Shown here: one piece after another, positions 45,285-53,094 of the stretch
How positions within the stretch are numbered: the stretch's first letter is position 1
Layout of the letters: every line of letters begins with the position of its first letter
Sequence record: MN536026.1
Source: Pseudomonas phage vB_Pae-SS2019XI
Length of the DNA stretch: 57,567 nt
Direction: 5' to 3' (one strand)
Position numbers and translations under genes: made by a program
Notes under the pieces: generated by a model
The model's input: only the letters and a program-made list of their open reading frames with translations
The model's database searches: none
Told to the model about the DNA's origin: nothing

Positions 45285-47828
45285 CTACAAGTCGTCGTCC
45301 TCATCATCGTCTTGCTCGCCTTCCATGTACTTGCGGATCTTCTCGGTATCCGGGATCAAATCACCTTCGGCGTTTCTCCAGGTGAACTTCTCGGGGTTTC
45401 GCGAGTAGAAGCGATACCGCTCCTGCCCGATCCGGACGCGCCCGATTGGAATGAACCCGTGGTTCTCCAGGATGTAGTTGAGGGTCTTTGGTGCCGGCAG
45501 CTCGAAATCGTAGTCGTCGTTCATCGTTAGGCTTTCGAGCCGGGTGATGTTCAATAGGTCATCCGAGATGTCAGGGAATTCCTTCGACTCGATTATTTCG
45601 CGGATGCCTCGTAGTTCCTTCGGCTGGGACACCCGCACCATGTAGCGGAATGCCGGGGTAATGGGTGCATTGCCATCCGGGTGGAAATCGGGACTCTGCT
45701 CTAGCTGCAGCATCCACTGCCGAAGTGCCGGTGCTGACTCGTCCAACGCGGCGTACAGATCGTTGTAGTAGTCCGGGTTCTCCTCCATGAACTCCGCGAG
45801 CTTTTCGCGCTGTTGCCATTGTGAGAAGAGGACGCAGTAGCGCCGCTCGTTGTCTTGCAGTGGCAGGGCCTTGCGGTAGTTACTGAAGAGTAGGTAGGAG
45901 GTCGTGTTCTCGACGTTGTAAGGGTCGCGGCCCTTCGCATGGATCTCGATCACCCGGTTCGTCACCAGCGGCTTGAACCTGTTCAGCACGTCGTAGCGGT
46001 TGTGGCCGACCATGTGGACTTCTTCGAAAGCGAGCACGCATTGACCCTGGGCCCAGGCGGTGAAGCTGGACTCCAGGATGTGGGCGTTGGCCATCGTCAC
46101 GTTGCCGATCCCCATGACGGCGCGGAGCAGGAAGGCGAAGAACGATTTACCGTCACCTGGGACGCCTTGCAGCAGGATCGCCCAGTTGACCCTTTTACCT
46201 GGGTTCTGCACGACGTACGACAGCCAGTCGAGCAGGATGCGCTGCTCCTTCGGGTCCTCCAACATGTGGGCAATGTGGGCTCGCACCCGCTTTATGTTGA
46301 TCTTGTCGATGGGCCGGATGTTCTTCGGCTTCGGCGGGATGTGGTGCTCGGGGTAGGTGTTGGCCCATTGAGTGCCGTTGTAGATGAAGACCCCGTCACG
46401 ACCAGGTGCGTACATGCGTCCGTGCACAGTCGGGATTTTGTAGACGTTCAGCGCGAGGTGGCAGGCGGTACTGACTGGCGCCGACTTCCCATCCAGAACG
46501 TCCTTTTTGGTCATTGCGTGCCGATCGTTGATCGCGTTGAAGCCTTGGGCTGAGACCGCATGCTTGTGGACGGTGTGGTAGAACCGGTCCTCGCTGGCGT
46601 CATAAACCCAGTCGCGGCACCACCGCGGTAGCTCTTTGGTATTGATCTCGTAGGCCAGAGATTTCTTCACTTCCGCCAGCGGGACCTTGTTGCCCGTCAA
46701 AGCCACCAGTCGGTCTCTTGCGATCTCGGCGAGGCTAGCTCGGGAGAGGTGGTCGATTTCGGCCCGCCGGGTGATCTTCGCTGCCTCGTTCCATTCAGCT
46801 CGGTCTTTCGCCATCGCGAACTGGTTGCGGAGTTCGACGGCGGTTTCAATCGCCTTCGTCTCCGCAGCCTCCTTCGCGAGTTGCAGGATCAGTCGGGCAG
46901 TAACTGGGGCGCGGCCCTTGTCGCTGATATCGAAGGTGTCCCACTTCCGGTTCAGCGCATCGGCGTCGTAGTTGTCTGCGGACTCCGACCATTCGTGCCA
47001 CATCTCTCGGCCGATGTCCTCTCCATCGTACTGGTGGTAGAGCGCCATCCCGATCTGGAGCCAGGTGTCGTAGTCTTCTGCACCTGGAACGAGCATTAGG
47101 CGCTGCTGCAACTCGGCCTGCGACAGATTCACAGGCTGGGCGTCGGCCGCAAACGGATCGTCCTTGTCTATCGCTGCAGAGCCGGGTTGCCTGTTGATGC
47201 GAGAGCCTCGGACCAGCGTCCAGCCCCGTTTCTCTGCTTCTGATTCGAATAAACGAACAAGCCCTCCAAGCTTTTCCGGCTCAATCAGCGGGAGGTCGTC
47301 AGCTGACGTGTTGAGCGGGCTCTCCTCACTGGTCCAGCGGTACGGCCGGTGCGTTTCGGGGTGCTTGTGGAAGGCTACGAATTGCTGGCCATCGCCGAGA
47401 ATCTCGATTCGGCAGCGCTCTTGCCACTCGTTGAGGTAAGTCTTCGAGGTGATTTTTCGGAAGGGCTCGTCTGTGCGGTAGAGCAAAAGGCGCTTGGGCG
47501 GCAACCCAATACGGACGGGGGCTCGTCCTAAATTCTCATGGCACCAGTCTTCAAGCAGATCCGCCAACTCGTCATCGAGCACGTCGATGTCTACGGCTGG
47601 GGTATGCGCGGCGAGGATCCCCACGCCGTGGTTCTCCAGACCTGACTCCATCCAACGCGCCAACTGAGCTTGGCTCGCACGGGTTTTCTGCCAGTCGTCG
47701 AACCCCGGTGCCTTTTTGCCAGGGGCAATAGGGACGATGTTGTACCCGTGGTCGATCAGTGTCTTGCCGTGCTGCGCCAGGTAGCCGCCCTTTATCACCT
47801 GGGTGCGGTCTTTCGTGGCTCGGTCCAT
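45285..47828 (-). CDS. primase-helicase (prim-pol N-terminal domain + D5_N + P4-type SF3 helicase)
   Basis: About 847 aa. N-terminal GYNIVPIAPGKKAPGFDDWQ fits a prim-pol domain. Walker A GVPGDGKSFF. ATG 47828 has GAGGTGG upstream (the table's GTG 47834 is the alternative). Ends DDDEDDDL. Confidence 0.8.
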   Translation of the reverse strand: MDRATKDRTQVIKGGYLAQHGKTLIDHGYNIVPIAPGKKAPGFDDWQKTRASQAQLARWMESGLENHGVGILAAHTPAVDIDVLDDELADLLEDWCHENLGRAPVRIGLPPKRLLLYRTDEPFRKITSKTYLNEWQERCRIEILGDGQQFVAFHKHPETHRPYRWTSEESPLNTSADDLPLIEPEKLGGLVRLFESEAEKRGWTLVRGSRINRQPGSAAIDKDDPFAADAQPVNLSQAELQQRLMLVPGAEDYDTWLQIGMALYHQYDGEDIGREMWHEWSESADNYDADALNRKWDTFDISDKGRAPVTARLILQLAKEAAETKAIETAVELRNQFAMAKDRAEWNEAAKITRRAEIDHLSRASLAEIARDRLVALTGNKVPLAEVKKSLAYEINTKELPRWCRDWVYDASEDRFYHTVHKHAVSAQGFNAINDRHAMTKKDVLDGKSAPVSTACHLALNVYKIPTVHGRMYAPGRDGVFIYNGTQWANTYPEHHIPPKPKNIRPIDKINIKRVRAHIAHMLEDPKEQRILLDWLSYVVQNPGKRVNWAILLQGVPGDGKSFFAFLLRAVMGIGNVTMANAHILESSFTAWAQGQCVLAFEEVHMVGHNRYDVLNRFKPLVTNRVIEIHAKGRDPYNVENTTSYLLFSNYRKALPLQDNERRYCVLFSQWQQREKLAEFMEENPDYYNDLYAALDESAPALRQWMLQLEQSPDFHPDGNAPITPAFRYMVRVSQPKELRGIREIIESKEFPDISDDLLNITRLESLTMNDDYDFELPAPKTLNYILENHGFIPIGRVRIGQERYRFYSRNPEKFTWRNAEGDLIPDTEKIRKYMEGEQDDDEDDDL

Positions 47829-47836
47829 GCCCACCT

Positions 47837-48100
47837 CTACGCTTCAGCGGACTGAGGGGTTTCTGTCCATGCACTGCCGACCAAGGCCTTGAGCGCCAAA
47901 TCGACCTTCAGGCTGAGGCGGCCCCTGGACATAGCGACGTGCAGGTGATTGGGGTGGCATCCGACGGCTTTACTCAGCACAGGTAACGAGCCGCTGGCGT
48001 TGTGGAAGAGGGCTGCTCTACGCAGGCGATAGATCAGGAGCATTCTGCGTCGCTCTTCGTCGCTGAGCGCGGGATCTGTCACCCAGGAAGGGAGATTCAT
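47837..48100 (-). CDS. Cro/YdaS-like HTH regulator
   Basis: 87 aa from ATG 48100 (GAGG 9 nt upstream). HTH-like LSKAVGCHPNHLHVAMSRGRLS. Divergent from the replication operon. Confidence 0.45.
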   Translation of the reverse strand: MNLPSWVTDPALSDEERRRMLLIYRLRRAALFHNASGSLPVLSKAVGCHPNHLHVAMSRGRLSLKVDLALKALVGSAWTETPQSAEA

Positions 48101-48181
48101 AGTTACAACCTCTGGTAGAGTGGACAATCTCAAGTTGATAGCCTACAGTCGGCCCTGTTAGAGATCAATCGATAATGAGTG

Positions 48182-48210
48182 TTGACCAAAACAACTGTTT
48201 GTTGTTTTAT
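48182..48210 (+). promoter_or_regulatory. candidate replication-operon promoter with perfect palindromic operator
   Basis: TTGACC (48182-48187)-N17-TTTTAT. The spacer is AAAACAAC-tgttt-GTTGTTTT, a perfect 8-bp inverted repeat at 48188-48208. Confidence 0.45.
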
Positions 48211-48276
48211 CAATAGGCGATTGAGCATAACCCGCCAACACCTTTCGGCGGAAATTCAACCCCCTGGAGACATGCA

Positions 48277-48687
48277 ATGAGTAGCGAAATGACCCTCAAC
48301 CAATTCGGCGCTGAGCTGATTCGTCACCTGGCCCGCCTGGCCAACGCCGTGGAAGGTATCGAGTCGAAAGTCGGGGCTGCCGGCGCCGGCTCGGCCGGTA
48401 GCACCAGCGCCTCCACCACTACTGGCGGCAGCAAGGGCTCTTCCGGTCGCAGCACCAAGCAGAAGGAAGAACCGTCCAAGCCGAAGCACGACAGAGCCGA
48501 GGTCGACAAGGCCCTGATCGCGCTGAAGGACGCCCATGGCAAGGACGAGGCCGTCGCGGTCTACAAGGGTTTCGGTTACGCGAAGATGGCCGAGATCGCC
48601 GAGAAAGATTTCGACGCTGTCTACGAAAAAGCGGTTGCTCGCCTGGAAGAGCTGAACAGCGACGGCGGCGAAGGCGAAGATCTGTAG
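48277..48687 (+). CDS. hypothetical protein with Gly/Ser/Ala-rich linker, ends GEGEDL
   Basis: 136 aa, GGAG upstream, first gene of the rightward replication operon. Confidence 0.4.
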   Translation: MSSEMTLNQFGAELIRHLARLANAVEGIESKVGAAGAGSAGSTSASTTTGGSKGSSGRSTKQKEEPSKPKHDRAEVDKALIALKDAHGKDEAVAVYKGFGYAKMAEIAEKDFDAVYEKAVARLEELNSDGGEGEDL

Positions 48688-48689
48688 CC

Positions 48690-50009
48690 ATGGCTGACCA
48701 CGGCTTCGATCTCGCTGCCGTGCAGCGGAAGCTGGGAGGGCATAGCGTATTTGCCCCCTCGGCTTCCGCCATGTGGTTGCTGTGCTCAGGCTCGCTTATC
48801 CCAAATCTTCTTGCCGAAGATGAGGTGGGGGAGGACGCAGCCTACGGCACAGTGGCTCATGGGGTCGCCGAGAGGTGGCTGAAGACCGGCATCAAGCCGG
48901 TAGACCTTGTCGGGACCGTTGAACTGGTTGCCGAACACACCCAGACATTCGAGATCGAGATCGACCATTCGATGCTCGATTACGTGCAGCAGTACGTCGA
49001 TTGGTGCACGGCGCTGCCGGGGGACCACTTTGTCGAGCAGCGCGTCGACTTCTCTCGCTTGACGCCGATCCCCGATCAAGGTGGGACCGCCGACCACATC
49101 GCCTGTCTTCCCGGCCTCCTGGTCATTACCGACCTCAAAATGGGGAAGGGCGTCCAAGTTTTTGCCAAACGGAATACTCAGGCGCTTCTGTATGCGCTCG
49201 GCTCGTTCTACCGCTGGGACTGGGAGTACGGGTTCCAGCGCGTGATTATCCGAATCGCGCAGCCCCGTCTCGATCACTTCGACGAGTGGGAAGTAAGCCG
49301 CGATGAGCTGTTGCAGTTTGCCGAATACGCTAAAGAGCGAGCCCACGCCGCGTGGGCGCCGAATGCGCCGCGGACTCCCGGCGAGAAGCAGTGCCAGTGG
49401 TGTCGAGTGAAAGCTTCGTGCACAGCCTTCGCCGCTCACATGGAGTCGCTATTGGCAGGCGTGTTTGACGACCTGGACGACGCGTGCAGCGAAGAGCAGG
49501 TGCACCAGTTCATCGAGCGTTTGGAAGACGAGTTCGATGAATTCACGTTGGCTCCTGCGCCTCTGCAAACCCTGTCGACAAGCCAGAAAGCCAAGATCTA
49601 CCGCTGGAGAAAGGCGGTAGAGAACTGGTTCAAAAGCCTCGAAGACGACCTTGAAAAGACCCTCCAGGCCGGGAATCCGGTCCCTGGTTACAAGGTCGTG
49701 GAGGGGCGGTCCAACCGATTCTTTAGAGATCCGTCCTCGGTCCCCGAGACGCTGGAGATGTTAACTGGCGTCCCTGCGGAAAAGTTCATTGCGACCTCGG
49801 TGCGGACCCCCGCACAGGTCGAAGAGATCCTGAAAAAAGAGGGCGGCTATCGGGCTGCCCAACTCCCCGAATTACTGGAGCGCGAGGTCCTCGGTGTAAC
49901 GAAGCCTCGCGGTAAGCCGGTAATGGCCCCAGCGCACGACAAGCGCGCTGAGCTAACCCTGACGGTCGATGACGTTTTCGATGATCTCGAAGGCGAAGAC
50001 GACCTTTGA
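48690..50009 (+). CDS. DUF2800-type PD-(D/E)XK (Cas4-like) nuclease
   Basis: 439 aa. Central ITDLKMGKG...QALLYA block. Synteny with the DUF2815/PolA module. Ends GEDDL. Confidence 0.5.
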   Translation: MADHGFDLAAVQRKLGGHSVFAPSASAMWLLCSGSLIPNLLAEDEVGEDAAYGTVAHGVAERWLKTGIKPVDLVGTVELVAEHTQTFEIEIDHSMLDYVQQYVDWCTALPGDHFVEQRVDFSRLTPIPDQGGTADHIACLPGLLVITDLKMGKGVQVFAKRNTQALLYALGSFYRWDWEYGFQRVIIRIAQPRLDHFDEWEVSRDELLQFAEYAKERAHAAWAPNAPRTPGEKQCQWCRVKASCTAFAAHMESLLAGVFDDLDDACSEEQVHQFIERLEDEFDEFTLAPAPLQTLSTSQKAKIYRWRKAVENWFKSLEDDLEKTLQAGNPVPGYKVVEGRSNRFFRDPSSVPETLEMLTGVPAEKFIATSVRTPAQVEEILKKEGGYRAAQLPELLEREVLGVTKPRGKPVMAPAHDKRAELTLTVDDVFDDLEGEDDL

Positions 50010-50045
50010 CCCGTAAATCGAGTAAATCTGAAATAGGTGAATCGC

Positions 50046-50663
50046 ATGGCTCGTGAGATCGTCAAAAAGGTAAAGAATGCCGTTCTGTACTCCGATGGTT
50101 GCATCCGTATCGATAACGTTCGGGCGTCGTATCCGCACTTGGATAAAGCTTGGGCGAAAAACGAGAGTGACCGGCCGAAGTTCAGCATCACCGGCCTGGC
50201 ACCCAAGGAAACGCACGAAGAAGCCAAGAAGCTCCTGGTGGAAGAGATCAATAAGCTGCTGACCTCCAGCAAGATCGGCAAGCTGGCTTCCGAACACAAA
50301 TTCGTTCGGAACGGCGACGACTCTGGCAAAGAAGAAGCGGAAGGCCACTGGATTATCAAGGCTTCGGAGAACCCGGATCGCCGCCCCTCCTGCAGGACGC
50401 CTCGCGGGACTGTGATGACCCCGGAAGAAACCGCCAAGAAGATCTACCCTGGCTGCTGGGTGAACATCCTTGTGCGCCCTTGGGCCCAGAACAATCAACA
50501 TGGCAAGAAAATCAACGCTAACCTGATCGCGGTCCAGTTCGTTCGCGACGGCGAACGGTTCGGTGAAGGCGCTATCGATGATGAGGATGTCTGGGACGAA
50601 CTCGACGACGCCGCGGATGATGGATACGACTTCGGGGACGAGGGCGGCGACGACGACCTCTGA
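50046..50663 (+). CDS. DUF2815-type phage ssDNA-binding protein
   Basis: About 205 aa from ATG 50046 (GGTGA upstream; GTG 50037 is the table start). N-terminal VKNAVLYSDGCIRI...YPHL. Acidic tail GGDDDL. Confidence 0.5.
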   Translation: MAREIVKKVKNAVLYSDGCIRIDNVRASYPHLDKAWAKNESDRPKFSITGLAPKETHEEAKKLLVEEINKLLTSSKIGKLASEHKFVRNGDDSGKEEAEGHWIIKASENPDRRPSCRTPRGTVMTPEETAKKIYPGCWVNILVRPWAQNNQHGKKINANLIAVQFVRDGERFGEGAIDDEDVWDELDDAADDGYDFGDEGGDDDL

Positions 50664-50717
50664 TACAACATACTGGTGTTATAACTACAGGGCGTCGTAA
50701 TTGACGCTCCAGGGTTT

Positions 50718-50746
50718 CGCCCGACTCCGGTCGGGCGCCTTTTCTT
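50718..50746 (+). terminator. intra-operon terminator/attenuator between SSB-like and polymerase genes
   Basis: CGCCCGAC-tccg-GTCGGGCG 8-bp perfect stem followed by CCTTTTCTT. Confidence 0.5.
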
Positions 50747-50756
50747 GGAGGCTTGC

Positions 50757-52805
50757 ATGACTACCCTCCGCCTCGACTGGGAAACAGCCAGCGAGATCGA
50801 TTTACCAAAATACGGACTCGACGTTTACTCAGCGCACCCTTCGACACGGATCCTCATGGGTGCGTACCAGTTCGATAGTGGTCGCGTTCAGCATTGGGAC
50901 ACCGCCGACACGGATCGCATGCCCGCCGAGTTGCGCGAGGCCTTGGAAGATCCCCACGTCATCAAAAAGGCTTTCAATGCGCAGTTCGAACGCGTCATCG
51001 CTCGGCGCGTAGCAGGGTTGAAAGTCCCTTACCAGAACTGGCGTTGCACCATGGCCCTCGCATACCAGCATTCGTTTGTCGGCACCTTGGGCGACATTGG
51101 CCAACAAATGGGGTTGCCGGATGAGATGCTCAAGTCGAAAGAGGGAGACAGGCTCATCCAACTGTTCTCCAAACCCCAGCGCATAACCAAGAACCAGCCG
51201 CACCGATGGCGCGACTCATTCACCGACCCGGACGAGTGGGAACGATTTGGAGCTTACAACGTCCAGGACGTCGTATCTGAAGGGTTCATGGAGGAGGTGC
51301 TGTCACGCTACGAAATGCTTGCCTCCGAATGGCAGCTCTACGAGCTGGACCAGCGCATCAACGACAGAGGCCTTCCAGTCGACATGGAGTATGTGGAGAG
51401 CGCAATCCACATGGCTGCGAGGCGGAAAGCCGAGTTGTTAGAGGAAATGGCGGAACTGACTGGGCTCGCCAACCCCAACTCGACCTCTCAACTCCTACCG
51501 TGGCTGCAGGATAGGGGCTATCCCTTCTCTGACCTGGTCAAGGACACGGTGAAAAAGGTACTGCGCGAGGACAAACAGGCACGAGACGACGAGGCAGAAG
51601 GTTTCTTGGATGACGATGCAGTCAAGTGCTTGAGGCTGCGGTTGAATGCGAGTCGTACAAGTACCTCGAAGTACACAGCCTTGAAGGTAGCTGTGGGCCG
51701 AAAGAGCCGGATCCGGTTTTGCTTTCAGTTTGGCGGGGCCAGTCGGACGAACCGATGGTCGGGGCGACGGTTCCAGCCTCAGAACCTTACTCGTACCCCC
51801 AAGGATATTGAGCCCAACGGCGGCGATCACTATCAACTTGCGTTTACGACCGAACTGATTCGCCGCGGGGATTATGACGGGCTATCGATGATGATCGGTG
51901 AGCCAATGGATGCCCTCGCTGGTTGCATCAGGTCTGCTATTCGCGCGCCTCGCGGATACGAACTACGCGTTTGCGATCTTTCGTCTATCGAAACCTGCGT
52001 GATTGCGTGGCTGGCTGGCTGCGTGCGCCTCCTCAATGTGATCCGTGGAGGGAAAGACCCGTACAAGGACTTCGGGACCGTCCTTTTCCGCAAACCCTAC
52101 GAAGAGGTGACGAAGAAGGAGCGAGGGGACAGTAAACCTGCCGTTCTTGGCTCCGGCTATCGATTGGGTGGGGGAGACCTCAAGGAAGGTAAGCGCACAG
52201 GGCTATGGGGTTATGCCGAGAATATGGGCGTCGACATGAGTCGTGAAATGGCGCACCAGGCTACCAAGCTATTCCGAGACACCTATCACGAAATCCCCAA
52301 ACTTTGGTTTGCGCTGGAGAGAGCGGTTGAGCGCTGTTTGAAGACATCACAGGAACAGGTATGCGGCCCACTTCGGTTTATCCATAGGCCTCCGTACTTG
52401 TTGGTACGACTGCCGTCGGGGCGTTTCATGCACTACTTCAAGCCCAAGATCGTTATGCGTACGCCACCGTGGGGCGGCGAAAAGAAAAAGAACTTCAGCT
52501 ACATGGCCCAACCGCAAGGCAAGAAAACCTGGGTGCGCATCACAAGCCATGGCGGAAAGCTGGTGGAGAACTTCGTCCAGGCAATCGCTCGCGACATCCT
52601 CAAAGAGGGTTTGCTGGCGGCGCATGCCGCTGGTTTCAACATCGTGGGGCATGTGCATGACGAGATAATCACTCTGCAGCCTGTCGATGACCAAGAGCAC
52701 ACCCTGGACGCCTTGAAAACCTGCATGACCCGAAAATTGGACTGGTGCCCTGATCTGCCACTCGGAGCCGCCGGTTGGTGTGGACCTTTTTACATGAAGG
52801 ATTGA
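50757..52805 (+). CDS. DNA polymerase, family A (no 5'-3' exonuclease domain)
   Basis: 682 aa from ATG 50757 (GGAGG 6 nt upstream). Motif A RVCDLSSIE, motif B around KDPYKDFG...K, motif C VGHVHDEI. Confidence 0.85.
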   Translation: MTTLRLDWETASEIDLPKYGLDVYSAHPSTRILMGAYQFDSGRVQHWDTADTDRMPAELREALEDPHVIKKAFNAQFERVIARRVAGLKVPYQNWRCTMALAYQHSFVGTLGDIGQQMGLPDEMLKSKEGDRLIQLFSKPQRITKNQPHRWRDSFTDPDEWERFGAYNVQDVVSEGFMEEVLSRYEMLASEWQLYELDQRINDRGLPVDMEYVESAIHMAARRKAELLEEMAELTGLANPNSTSQLLPWLQDRGYPFSDLVKDTVKKVLREDKQARDDEAEGFLDDDAVKCLRLRLNASRTSTSKYTALKVAVGRKSRIRFCFQFGGASRTNRWSGRRFQPQNLTRTPKDIEPNGGDHYQLAFTTELIRRGDYDGLSMMIGEPMDALAGCIRSAIRAPRGYELRVCDLSSIETCVIAWLAGCVRLLNVIRGGKDPYKDFGTVLFRKPYEEVTKKERGDSKPAVLGSGYRLGGGDLKEGKRTGLWGYAENMGVDMSREMAHQATKLFRDTYHEIPKLWFALERAVERCLKTSQEQVCGPLRFIHRPPYLLVRLPSGRFMHYFKPKIVMRTPPWGGEKKKNFSYMAQPQGKKTWVRITSHGGKLVENFVQAIARDILKEGLLAAHAAGFNIVGHVHDEIITLQPVDDQEHTLDALKTCMTRKLDWCPDLPLGAAGWCGPFYMKD

Positions 52806-52806
52806 T

Positions 52807-53094
52807 ATGAACGAGTACGAATTTCCGAACGAACTTGAGGTGGATGTAGAGCGACCGGCTAAGGAATTCGCGAAAAAGCGTGGGTGGTTTGTTGTAAAGC
52901 TCATGCGGTGCGACATCGACTCTATGCCGGACGACCTTTTTCACCGCCGTGGCGTGACGATGTACATCGAGTTCAAGCGGCCAGGGGAGCAGCCCTCCAA
53001 GAAGCAGCGTAGTCGACATCGAGAGCTGCGGGCCCATGGAATCCCGGTTCACGTTTGCGACAATTTGGACACAGCGTATGACCTCTTGGCATGA
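52807..53094 (+). CDS. VRR-NUC domain nuclease
   Basis: 95 aa; D...EFK PD-(D/E)XK core (RCDIDSMPDD...MYIEFKRPGE). Confidence 0.6.
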   Translation: MNEYEFPNELEVDVERPAKEFAKKRGWFVVKLMRCDIDSMPDDLFHRRGVTMYIEFKRPGEQPSKKQRSRHRELRAHGIPVHVCDNLDTAYDLLA

